Assembly: GCF_009914755.1 (NCBI RefSeq)
Contig: NC_060948.1
DNA: 64,000 nucleotides
Source: the human T2T-CHM13v2.0 reference genome, Homo sapiens
Strand: one strand, 5' to 3'
A program made the translations under genes and the position numbers. This document shows, in pieces, positions 47,011-59,492 of the stretch (position 1 is the stretch's first letter; every line of letters begins with the position of its first letter). Under the pieces are notes generated by a model that worked only from the letters and a program-made list of their open reading frames with translations, did not search any database and was not told the DNA's origin.

Positions 47011-48254
47011 GTACTTATCCTAGACTTCTCTCTCTATGGATTCTTAGAGCCCATAGAATGACTCCACTCATTCATAAAACTGTAAACTATGATATGTTGT
47101 TGAACCTGAAGTCTAGATAAGTAAGGCCTGAGTAAATGAGAATGAATTGTGTAGAATAATATAGCTTGAGGACTTTACCTTGTGTTGCAATTTGAAAAAA
47201 AATTTTATGTAGATAATTATTGGCATGAAGCTGAATTTGAAAGCAGGCAACTAAAAGGAGGACTGCAATGTTGGAAAAAAACACACCTCAACTTGAGATA
47301 TATGCTCTTTTTTATGATGATGACTTTGACTTTGTGACTCTTTTCTACAGTAGAAACATTTCCTTAGAAGTAATTTAAATGAATACAGCATCCCAAGTAA
47401 AGGCTATATAGAAGAGAATGTATAAAGAGAAACAATGAAAGAAAAATCTTATAAAAAGCAAGTTTTTTCTAATAAACACTGAATACTTACTATGTCCACA
47501 GTCTCTGTTTAATAAAATAAGTGTTTGGAAACTAAAAAAATATATATTAGTATATGAAGATTATGTATGTAGACATTAATAATGCAACAGGTCTTCCAAA
47601 TGCAGGAAAAGTAATAAAACAATTTTTACGGGGAAGAAAAGACAATACATACTTTGCAAACTACTTATGCAAATCTGAATAATGCCTTGTACACACACAA
47701 ACCTACAAAAATGATAGATATTAATTCCACATGATGAGGAGATGAATATTGAATAGTTTAATGTACACTGTTGTTTGTTATAATAAATATGAGAGAAAAT
47801 ATATGATGAAATTTAGCTTTTCCACTACATACAAGATGAAGATACTCAAGAAAACATTGGTCACTATCATTTTAATGGTGATACAAATGTATTTTTCAAC
47901 CAACTGCTTGTTTTTACCTCAATGTTTATCTTCAGGAAGAGCTACAGGTTTTATTTCTGACCTGCAGCACAATTATAATTGAAATCGGTCTCAAACTGCA
48001 CTTTTGTCCAATTATCTGATATTGTGTTTGTGTGTTGGTGAGTGTTGTGTATTTTTGTGTTTATTTCTAAACACTTCTACTTCATCTATATACGTTAGCA
48101 AACCGATTAGTAAACTACATCTCCTTGGTACCCTAATGACACATTAGAAAATTCTCTGAAAAAAGTAAAGTATAAAAAATAAGATAGTTCCTAGTTTTAA
48201 CAAATTGGACTGTAATATGTCTTACAATAATAAAAATATTTTAGAATCTATATC

Positions 48255-48445
48255 TACTGAATACTTACTATATCCTAGAGACCAGCCTAATTATTCAAAG
48301 CCATCCACAAAATAATTACTCTGAAGTAGTAAATATTATCATGTTTTAGAAATGAAGGAACTTAGACTTAAAATGATTAGTTTTCCTAAGTTTACAAGTT
48401 ATTAACTGATGGAACTGAGAATCAAACCTAGTAAAGCTGGTTTTG
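48255..48445 (-). mobile_element. MIR
   Basis: Antisense MIR core: TTTTAGAAATGAAGGAAC...CCTAAGTTTACA...GGAACTGAGAATCAAACCTAG. Confidence 0.7.
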
Positions 48446-50309
48446 AGATATTTAGTCTCTCAAAAGTCTCCTTTTATATGACAGAAAGATATTTAAAGAA
48501 ATTAATAAAAATCTAATAGTTGTTAGGAACCAGAAGGAATATCCTCAGCAAATCAAATTTTTGGGGTTCTTAAAAGTTACAAGGAAGATAGCACTAAATT
48601 GATTTAATCAACAAATATTAGAGGTAATAGTGGTCATTTTCAAATAAACCCCAAAGAAGCTGCATGCTCAGTATAAACAAATAGAAGATTGACACTTGGA
48701 AATGGAGTAATAATCAAAATAATTAATTAAAAATCTGTTTAGAACAGCTGACCCCTCTGGGTTTATCTCCTCTCCCCGTGTGGCCAACAGCCATGGCTTT
48801 GGTATGCAAATAAGCAGCCAAAAAATGCTTCCTATAAAAACTGGATGATGCTTCTGGGAAAGGATTCTAGTGTGAATGTTTGGGCATGTAAAGAAAGAAG
48901 TTTGACAGTGAGGTAAACGCCTAATTCCAGAACTCCACAAACATTACTAAGGGAAAACAAAGAGGTATTGTCTGCTCAGCTTAAGAGGAAAATATGTTGA
49001 CTCTCCCCTACACTTTGATGCTTTCTGTGGTTCATTTTGGTTTGAAATAAGGTGCAGAGAGAGCAATTAAATAACCAGGTTTGCTCAATTGTAAATAGCC
49101 CAATTAATTTTTGTAATTATACTTTTATAATAATCATCAAAGGAATGAACTTGACTATTTCTTAGAGCCTCCCACAATTAGAATAGGTTAAATAATATGG
49201 ATTAATGAGCACCATTTCTTTTTTGCATTGCTGTGATTATGCCAATAGGTAAAATACAGATATGAGTCCCAAGAGCTTCTTAAACTCCCAAGTTCTCTTC
49301 AAGTTCTTTAACTTACCACTCATATTCAGTTCTCTGTTCAAAGCCCACCTGAATGTTACCCATCCCTTACCACCCAATGTAAAACTAACAAGCTCAAATC
49401 TAGGCTATACCTGGATTATGTATTAATAATACATTCTTCATTTCCATGCAGTATATTTATTTATAATATTATTAGTATAAGGAGGGGGTCTCATTTTCAA
49501 CAAAGAGAAATCACATTCATACCGTCAATTTTTTATCAAGACCTTATTTAAATTCTATCTGTCATGGGTTCATTGCACTTAATATGATCAAAATCACAGA
49601 GATGTAGACTATTTGGAGCTTTTTTATAGTCATTTACTTGTATTATCCTCATATATTTCACATTTACTCCCTTGTTCATCTCATGTAGTACTGTGGCTTA
49701 AATTGTCATGTATATGGTAATGACTTCAGCTGTCCACCTAAATCTATTCTAGCTGTCCACCAGAATCTATTATCTCCTTTCATAATAATAGAATTGCTGC
49801 TGGACATTTGACTGTCCAGCTGTTCTTGCAGTAAAATTGTGCCACCATTTGCTGCATGAGGTCATATCACATAAGTTATTCATCTTTGGCCATGAAGTTA
49901 CCAGTGCTGAAGATGATATAAGGAAGCTGAGTTCCTTAAAGACTTTGAAAAGAAGAGCTGACTGCCAAACATACCTATGCTAAAAATTCTCCATTATATC
50001 CCAATCTTGGGGTAAAAACCAAAGTCATTTTAATAATGTATACAGTAATACACGTTTACACATCAGCAGGACTCACTCTTTCGGTTTTCTTAGGTGCTGA
50101 TTCAGATGTTACTTTCTGGTCCAGGCTTCTTCTGGCTATTATATTAAAATTATGCCCATTTTGTAATTCTTACACTTTGCCCCATCTTTAGTATTTTTTC
50201 ATACTTTTTCTTATATGAAATTTTCAATATGTTACTTGTTTTTGTTTCTCCTAACTTTTAAGAATGCAAGTACTAAGCTGTCATATATATTTTAAAATAT
50301 AGAAAATAA

Positions 50310-50515
50310 TTAAGCATACGTTTTAATTCTGTGGGTTAAGAATTAAAGCGGGAATCAGCTGGGTGGTATTTGTTCCCATAATATTGGCTGGGGTTATTCA
50401 TGTAGTGGTACTCGGTTAGGAACTCTGCCGTAGCTAAGAAGTTCAGGGTAGCCTTGAACTACAGAGTTTCTCTCATTATGCTTCTCATCATTCAGTAATC
50501 TATCCTGGGCATTCC
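50310..50515 (-). mobile_element. MLT1 (H/I-like) LTR fragment, truncated by the L1 insertion
   Basis: AATTCTGTGGGTTAAGAATT...CAGCTGGG, CTCATCATTCAGTA...CCTGGGC. Confidence 0.55.
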
Positions 50516-51660
50516 TTTTTTTCATTTTTATTTTAGATACGTAGGGTATATTTTATTTGAGATACAGGGGGTATTTTATCACATGGGTATAATGCACTCA
50601 GGAGGTGAGCATAGTTCACAACAGGTAGTTTTTTGAACCTTGCTTCCCTCCCTCCCTCACCTCTCTAGCAGTCTACACAGTGTCCATTGTTTCCATGTTT
50701 ATGTTCATGGGTGCTCAATGTTTAGCTCCCATTATAAATGAGAAGACATGGTATTTGGTCTTTTGTTCCTGCATTAATTTGCTTAGGATTATGGCCTCTA
50801 GTTCCATCCACATTGCTGCAAAGGACATAATTTTATTATATATTATGGCTGCATAGTATTCCATGGGGTATATGTACTACATTTTCTTTATTCAATCTAC
50901 CATTGATGGGCACATGGGTTGATTCCCTGTCTTCGCAATTGTGAATAGCACAGTGATGAACTTACGAGTGTATGTGCCTTTTTGGTAAAATCACTTATTT
51001 TTTGGGGGTGGGTATATACCCAGTAAAGGGATTACTGGGTTGAATGGTAGCTCTGTTTTAAGTTATTTGAGAAATCCCCAAACTACTTTCCACAGTGGCT
51101 GAACTAATTTACATTCCCATAAGCAGTGCATATGTGTTCCTTTTTCTCTACAACCTTGCCAACATTTGTTAGTTTACTTTTAATAATAGCCATTTTGACT
51201 GGTGTGAGATAGTATCTCATTGTGGATTTGATTTGTGATTAGTGACTGATGATTAGTGATGTCGAGCAAATATTTTTCATGTTTGTTGGCTGCTTTTCTC
51301 TCTTTTGAGAAGTGTTTGCTCGTTTACTTTGACCATTTTTAATTGGGTTATTTGGTTTTTGCTTGTTGAATTAAGTTCCTTATAGATTCTGAATATCAGA
51401 CCTTTGTCTCATACATAGTTTGCAAGTATTTTCTCCCATTTGGTAGATTGTCTGTTTGCTCTCTTGATAGTTTCTTTTGCTGTCCAGAAGCTTTTTTTAG
51501 TTTAATTAGGTCCAGTTTGTCTATATTTTTGGGTGGGGGTATAATTGCTGTTGGGGACTTAGCCAAAAATTATTTGCCAAGGCAGATGCTGAGAAGGGTA
51601 TTTTTTACATGTCTTCTAAGATTTTTATACTCTGAAGTCTTACATTTAAATATTAGATTT

Positions 51661-51938
51661 TGCCGAGCATGGTGGCTCACACCTGTGATCCTAGCCCTTT
51701 GGGAGGTCGAGACAGGCAGATCATTTGAGCCCAGAAGTTTGAGACCAGCCTGGCAATATGTACAAAATAATACAAAAATGAGCCGGGCATGGTAATGTAT
51801 ACCTGTGGTCCCAGCAACTCTGGTGACTGAGGTAGGAGGATCACCTGAGTCCAGTTGGTTGAGGCTGTAGTAAGCCACGATTGTACCACTGCACACCAGT
51901 CTGGCGACAGAGTGACATCCTCTCTTAAAAAAAAAAAA
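51661..51938 (+). mobile_element. AluJ with small internal deletion
   Basis: TTGAGCCCAGAAGTTTGAGACCAGCC, GAGGCTGTAGTAAGCC, A tail. Confidence 0.88.
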
Positions 51939-53031
51939 TTAAATGTATCTTGAGTTAATTTTTGTACACAGTGAAATGCAATGGTCTAGTTTCATTCTTC
52001 CGCATATGGCCAGCCAGTTATCCCAGCACCATTTATTGAATAGGGAATCCTTTCTCCATTGCTTGCTATTGATGGCCTTGTCAAAGATCATATGGTTGTA
52101 AGTGTGCAGCCTTATTTCTGAGTTTTCTATTCAGTTCCATTGGTCTATGTGTCTGTTTTTGTACCAGTAACATGCTGTTTGGTTGTTATAGACTTACAGC
52201 ATAGTTTGAATTCAGGTAGTGTGATTCCTTCAGCTTTAGTCTTTAAGCTTAGGATTGGTTTGGATTTGGGGGAATTTTTGATTCCATATAAATTTTAGAA
52301 TGGTTTTTTTGTTTGTTTTGTTTGTTTTTGCTAATTCTAGAAAAATGGTGTTAGTTGTTGGATAGGAGTAGTGTTAAATCTGTAAATTGTTTTGGGCAGA
52401 ATGGCCATATTACTATTGATTCTTTTAACCTATGAGCATGGAATATTTTTCCAATTATTTATGTCATCTCTGATGTCTTTAAGCAGTTTTTTTAGTTCTC
52501 CTCGAAGAGCTCTTTCATCTCCTTATTTAGCTGTATTCTAAGGTATTTAATTTTCTTTGTGGATATGTAAATGGGATTTTTTTCTTGATTTGACTCCCGG
52601 CCAGGGCATTATTGTAGTATAGAAATGCTACTAATTTTTGTGCTTTCATTTTATATACTGAAATTTTGCTAAACTCATTTATCAGTTCTAGTAGTCATTT
52701 GATAGTGTCTTTAGGGTTTTCTACATATAAAATGATATTGTCAGCAAAAGAGATACTTTGATTTTTCTTTTCCTATTTGGATGCCTTTTATTTCTTTATC
52801 TTTCCTGATCGACCTGGCTAGAAATTACAGTACTATGTTGAATAGTAGTGGTGAGAGTGGGCATCCCTGTCTTGTTACAGTTCTAAAAAGGAATAGTTCC
52901 AGCTTTTGCCCATTCAGTATGATATTGGCTGTAGGTTTGTCAAAGGTGGATTATTTTAAGGTATATTAGGTATATTCCTCCATTGCCTACAATGCTGAGG
53001 GTTTTATCATGAAACAAAGTTGGATTTTATC

Positions 53032-53194
53032 AGCCTGGCGTGGTGGCTCACGCCTGTAATCCCAACACTTTGGGAGGCCAAGGCGGGCGGATCAGGAGGT
53101 CAGGAGTTCAAGACCAGCCTGGCCAACATGGTGAAACTCCGTCTCTACTAAAAATACAAAAATTAGCTGGGTGCGGTGGCGCCTGCCACCTGTA
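53032..53194 (+). mobile_element. AluS (Sg-like), 3'-truncated
   Basis: Left monomer, linker TACTAAAAATACAAAAATTAGC and the start of the right arm only; no tail. Confidence 0.9.
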
Positions 53195-56100
53195 CTGCTG
53201 GATTTGGTTTGCTAATATTTTGTTGAGGATTTTGCATTTATGATAATCAGGGATATTGGCCTGAAGTTTTCTTTCTTTGTCGGGTCTCTGTCAGATTTTG
53301 GTATTAGGCTGATGCTGGCTTCATAGAATGAGTTATGGAGGAGTCCCTTCTGTTTTATTTTTTTGTAATAGTTTGAGCAGTGTTGATACCAGTTCTTTAT
53401 ATGTCCAGTAAAATTTGGCTGTCAATCCATCTGCTTAGGAATTTTTTCACTTGGTTTTTTTTATTATTACTGATTCAATTTCAGAGCAAAATATTGGTCA
53501 GTTCAGTGTTTCAGTCCTCCTTGTTCAATTTTGGGAGATTGTATGTTTCCAGGAATTTGTCAATTTCCTCTAGATTTTCTAATTTTTGTGCATAGAGTTG
53601 TTGATAGTATTCTTTGTGGATCTTTTGTATTTCTGTGTGATCAATTATAATGTCATCTTTGTCATTTTTGATTGTAATTATATGGATTTTTCTTAGTGGT
53701 CTACCAATCTTGTTTTTTTTTTTTTTCAAAGAACAAGATTTTCATATCCTTGATCTTTTTATAAATTTTTGCATCTCAATTTCATTAAGTTCTCTAATTT
53801 TAGTTATTTCTTTTCTTCTGCTAGTTTTCGCAGGTTTTCTTTGCCCTGCTAGTTCGTTTTGGTACAAAGATTGTTAGTTTCAGCTCTTTCTAACTTTTTG
53901 ATGAGGGCATTTGGGGCTATAAACTTCCCTCTTAATACTGCTTTAGTTGCATCCTAGAGGTATTGCTAAGTTGTGTCCCTATTTTCATTAATTTCAAAAA
54001 ATGTTTTATTTCTGCCTTAATATTGATGTTCACCCAGGAGTTATTCAGAAACAAGTTATTTAATTTCCATGTATTTGCATAGTTTTTAGAGATCTTGATA
54101 TTGATTTCTATTTTTATTGCTCTGTTGTCTGAGAGTATGCTTGGTATGATTTTAATTTTTTTGAATTTATTGAATCTTGTATTATGACCAAGTATGTGGT
54201 CAATCTTAGAATATGTTCCATGCACAGATACGAAAAATGTATATTCTGTGGTTGGTTGTTGGAGTGTTCTGTAGATGTCTATTGGCTCCAATTGGTCAAG
54301 TGTCAATTGTAAATCCAGAGTTTCTTAGTTTTCTGCCTTGATAATGTGTCTAACACTGTCAGTGGGGCGTTGAAGTCTCCCACTGTCATTGTGTGACGTT
54401 TAAATCTCTTTGTAGATCTCTACGAACTTGTTTTCTGAATCTCATTGCTGTGACATTGGGTGCTTACATATTTAGAATAATTAAGTCTTCTTGTGGAATT
54501 TTACTCTTTATCATTATTTAATGTCTTTCATTGCCCTTAATTTTTATTGGTTTAAGGTCTGTTTTATTTGATATAAATACAGTGGTGACTCCTACGCTGA
54601 TTTGTTTTCCATTTGCATGGTAGATCTTAATCCCTTTACTTTGAGCCTTTGGGTATTGTTACATGTGAGACTGGTCTCTTGAAGATAACAGATGGTTGGT
54701 CTTGCTTTTTATCTAGCTTGGCACTCTATGTCTTTTAAGAGTGGTATTTAGGCTATTTACATTGAAAGTTAATATTGTTGTGTGTAACTTTGAACCTCTC
54801 ATCATGTTGTTAGCTGGTTGTTATGCAGATTTTATTGTGTAACAGCTTTATAGTGCCTATGGGCTATGTAGCTGTGTGTTTTTATGGTAGCAGGTATCAT
54901 TTTTTTGGTTCTATGTTTAACACTCCCTTAAGGGCCTCTTGTAATGCTGGTCTAGTAGAAACACATTTCTTCAGCACTTGTTTTCTGAGGATTTTATTTC
55001 TCCTTCACTTATGCAGCTTAGTTTGGCAGAATATGAAATTCTTGGTTGGAATTTCTTTTCTTTAAGGATGCTGGAAAAAAGGCCGCACTCTCTTCTGGCT
55101 TGCAACGTTTTTGCTGAGAGTTCTGCTGCCAGCCTGATGGGGTCTCCTCTGTGTGTGACTTGACCCTTCTCTCTAGCTGCCTTCAAGATTTTTTCTTTTG
55201 CTTTGACCATGCTGAATATGATGAATATATGCCTTGAGGATAGTGATTTTTTTTTATAGTATCTAGCCAGGGTTCTCTATTTCTTGGATTTGTGTCAACC
55301 TTCCTAGCAAGATTAGGGAAATTTTCATGGACTATATCCTCAGATATATTTTTCAAGTTGTTTATTCTCTTTTTTCTCTCTCAAGAAGGCCAATAAGTAG
55401 CAGATTTGTTCTCTTTTCATAATCTCATATTTATCAGAGATTTTGTTCATTTTTTAAATTCCTTTTTCTTTATTTTTATCTGACTGAGCTGATTCAAATA
55501 AGTGGAACTCAAGCTCTGATATTGCTTCCCCAGCTTGACCTCTTCTGCTGTTCCTAATTCTGATAGTATTCTGAAATTCTTGTAGTGACTTTTTCCTTTC
55601 CAGAAGTTCAGTTTAGTTCTTTCTTAAAATGGTTATTTTGTCTTTCAGGTCTTAGATAATTTTACTGGATTCCTTGGTTTCCCTGTATTGTGTTACCACT
55701 TTCTTCTGAATCTTGATGAGCTCCCTTGCCATCCAGATTCTGTATTCTATTTCTGTTATTTCAGTCATTTCAGACTGGTTATGAACCATTGCCAGAGAGC
55801 TAGTGGACTCGTTTGAAGGTAAGGGGACACTCTGGCTCTTTTAATTGCCAGATTTCTTGTGCTGATTTTTTGTCATCTGGGACAGTTGGTGTTAAAGCCA
55901 TGCTGTAAGTTGAGTATAGTCAGTTGGCTTCATTCCTGGATACTTTCAGAGGGCCAAGGTGCTGTACAGGATCTTTATTTGTGGATGAATTCTTGTGCTT
56001 GGTTTTACAGGTATACATGTTAGTGGGATAATTTTTGGTGCTGTTTGGGCTGTGATCCAGTAGACGGTGCTTAAGAGTAATCGCCAGTAGCCAGGCTAAT

Positions 56101-57418
56101 ACCCAGCCATATGGCTCTTTTGTACTTCCTCATGTTAACAGGTATTTTCTGCAGTAGGGGCAGGGAGAAAGATGTTTCTCTCACCAGATCCATTCAAGGG
56201 ACTTGGGGGACCCTCCTCCAATCACTGGTACTGTGCTTGCATTTCTTTTGTTAGATGTTCCAGGCCATGGGGCCCCCTTGGGCACAGACTGTGGCAGGGA
56301 GACGTCCCACACCTTTTCTGGACCAGCCCTGTGGAGGGAAGAATGCTTTGCTCCCTCTCCAGCCTGGGAACCTGCACATCTTGCCCCTCTCAGTGCTCTC
56401 AGGATAAGGGCTCCTCCTCTGCTTGAGTGCTGGCCACAGACTGCAGCTCTGCACTCCTGAACTGCATGCTGCACCCTCTAGGGGCACCAGGAAATCCCAT
56501 GGCTTGGGGTTGGGTTCCAGCTGCATTGGAGGATTCAGTGTACTCCTGGTTCTCTGATAATGTACTCAGGTGTAGCAGTGTACTCGTGCTGGGCCATGGA
56601 GGCTACACTGTGCATCTGTTTTCTGGGGTAGCTAGACATGGGCCAAAGGATGGGCTGGTGGACAGGAGGGCTTGCAGAACAGATCCTGTCTAGTACAACA
56701 GGGAAGCCGGCCCCACTTTCTCCTGGCTCAGGTAAACTTGGGCAGTGCCTCCTGAAAAGGGATGGGGAACCTGGGGGATGCGCATCTCTGATGACTGTCT
56801 GTTGGTGCTGCCCAGCAAACAAAAGCTCCTGGGCTCTGTGCCATCTGAGGGACTGTCGCTGCCTGCTCCCTAAGGAGATCTCCCTACCAGCTCACACATC
56901 CATGGATGACATGAGGTATCCTGCAGCTAGGATCTCGGAGTTCCATGGCAAGAGGGAACCATCCCCCAGTTCCCTCTTCATCCCTTTCCCAGAAGCCATT
57001 TGGGGCCAGGAACTAGATCTAGTGTTTGGGAATGCGTGGAGGATTACCAGCTTCCTCTCTCTTCAACCTCAGCTTCAACATCACCCCTCTATACATTCTC
57101 AGCCTTTTATTTCCAAAAAACTGTCCAAATTATGGTGGTTTACAAGATGATTCAGTCTCACTTGGTGCAAGCAGCACTTCCTGGCTGCATCTAGTTGGCC
57201 ATCGTGCCCTTTTATATGCAGGCATACCTCAGAAATATTGTGGGTTTGGTTCCAGACCATTGCAATGAAACAAATATCAAAATAAAGCTAGTCACTTTTT
57301 TAAATTTTGCTTTCCCAGGGTGTATAAAAGTTACTTTTACACTATACCATAGTCTATTAAATGTGCAATAGCATTATGTCTAAGAAAACAATGTATATAC
57401 TTTAATTTAAAAACACCT

Positions 57419-57730
57419 GGCCTGGCACTGTGCCTCAAGCCTGTAATCTTAGCACTTTAGGAGGACAAGGCAGAACTGTTTGAGCCCAGAAATTCGAGAT
57501 CAGCCTGGCAACATGACGAAATGCTGTCTCTATAAAAAAATACAAAAAATTAGCTGGGTGTGGTGGCACATGTCTGTGGTCCCAGCTACTCAGGAGATTG
57601 AGGTGGGAAGATCACCTGAGCCCAGCAGTTCAAAGCTTCAGTGAGTCACGATTGCACCACTGCGCTCTAGCCTGGGTGACAGAGTGAGACTCTGTCTCCA
57701 AAAATTAAAACAACAACAACAACAACAACA
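57419..57730 (+). mobile_element. AluJ-like SINE with (CAA)n tail inside Tigger1
   Basis: Alu dimer, tail converted to CAA repeats, TSD-like AAAAACAC. Confidence 0.9.
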
Positions 57731-57747
57731 AAAACACACTTTATTTC

Positions 57748-59492
57748 ACTAACAACTGTCCAACCCTTCAGTGAGTCATAATTTTTTTGCTGTGGAAGAT
57801 CTTGCCTCTATGTTGATGGCTGCTATCTGATCTCATTTGTGATTGCTGAAAGTTGGGGTGGCTCTGGCAATTTCTTAAAATAAGAGAACAATAAAGTTAG
57901 TCGCATCAATTGATTCTTCTTTTCATGAAACATTTATCTGTGGCATGTGATGCTTTTTGATAGCATTTTACTCACAGTACCACTTCTTTCAAAATTGGAG
58001 TCAATTCTATTCAACTCTGACACTACATGATCCGTTTATGTAACTTTCTAAACCCTTTGCTGTCATGTCAACAATGTTCATAGCATCTTTACTAGGAGTA
58101 AATTTCATCTCAACAAACCACTTTCTTTGATCATCCATAATAAGCAACTACTGATCTGTTCAAGTTTTATGATGAGATTGCAGCATTTTAGTCACATATT
58201 CAGGCACCACTTCTAATTCTAGGATGCTTTCTGTTTCTGCCATAACTTCAGTTACTTCCTCCACTTAAGTCTTAAACCTCTCAAAGTCATGCATGAGGTT
58301 TGGAATCAACTTCTGTTAAATTTGATGGTTTGACCTCCTCTCATGAATCACAAGTGTGCTTAATGAAATCTATAATGATGAATTCTTTCCAGAAGGTTTT
58401 CAGTATTTTTTGCCCAAATCCACCAGAGAATTGTTATCTACATCAACTATGGTCTTATAAAATATTTTTATTAAACTATAGTACTTGAAAGTCAAAATTA
58501 CTCCTTGATCTATGGACTGCAGAATGGTTGTGGTATTAGCAGGCATAAAAACAACATTAATCTCCCTGTACACCTCCTTCAGAGCTCTGGGGTGTCTAGA
58601 TGAATTGTCAATGAGCAGCCATACTTTGAAAGAAATGTCTTTTTTCTAAGCAGTAGGTCTCAACAGTGGATTTAAAATATTCAGTAAACTATACTGTAAA
58701 CAAATATGTTGTCATCCAGGCTTTGTTCTTCCATTTATAGAGCATATGCAGAGTATATCTGGCATATTTTTAAGAGCCTTGGAATTTTTAAATGGTAAAT
58801 AAGCATTGGCTTCAACTTAAAGTGGTCAGCTGCATTAGGCCCTAACAAGAGAGTCAGCCTGTCCTTTGAAGCTTAGAAGCCGATATTGACTTCTTTCTAA
58901 CAGTAAAACTCTAGATGGCATCTTCTTTTAATATATAAGGCTGTTTGGTCTACGTTGAATATTCATTATTTAATATAGCCACCCTCATCAAGTAACTAGA
59001 TCTTCTGATTAACTTTCTGCAGCACTTACTGCTTCACCTTGCACTTTTAGGTTATGGAGATGGCTTCTTTCTTTAAACCTCATGAACCAACCTCTATTAC
59101 CTTCCACTCTTTTTTTTCTGCAGCTTCCTCACTTCTTTCAGCCTTCATAGAATTGAAGTGAGATAAAGCTTTGCCCTGAATTGGGCTGTGTCTGAAGGGA
59201 ATGATGTGGCTGATTTGATCCTCTGTCCAGATTACTGAAACTTTGTCTATACCAGCAATAAGCCTATTTCACTTTATTATCTTTTGGATGTTCACAGGAG
59301 TAGCACTTTTAATGTCCTTCAATAACTTTTTCTTTGCCTTCAAAAGCTGGCTAAATATTTGGCACATGAGGCCTTGTTTTTACCACTCTGAGCTTTCAAC
59401 ATGCTTTCTTCACTAAGCTTAATCATTTCTAACTTTTGATTTAAAGTGAGAGATATGTGACTCTTCTTTTTACTTGAATACTTAGAGTCCAT
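57748..59492 (-). pseudogene. Disrupted Tigger1 pogo-family transposase
   Basis: MDSKYSSKKKSHISLTLNQKLEMIKLSEESMLKA matches the Tigger1/TIGD1-type N-terminal HTH; frameshifted afterwards. Confidence 0.88.

Larger units (their letters stand above)
50516..57209 (-). mobile_element. Full-length L1PA15/16-like LINE-1, inactive, with two Alu insertions
   Basis: poly-T and 3'UTR at left; ORF2 remnants (DIYRTL...TEYTFF...HGTYSKIDHILGH); ORF1 remnant KEKILKAAREKGQVTHRG; 5' start reverse-complements to GGGCACGATGGCCAACTAGATGCAGCCAGG. Confidence 0.92.

Noticed and set aside
56172-57268. Cluster of overlapping ORFs up to 170 aa
   Set aside because: Lies in the GC-richer 5'UTR of the L1PA15/16 element; no recognisable domain, and stop-poor composition explains the ORFs
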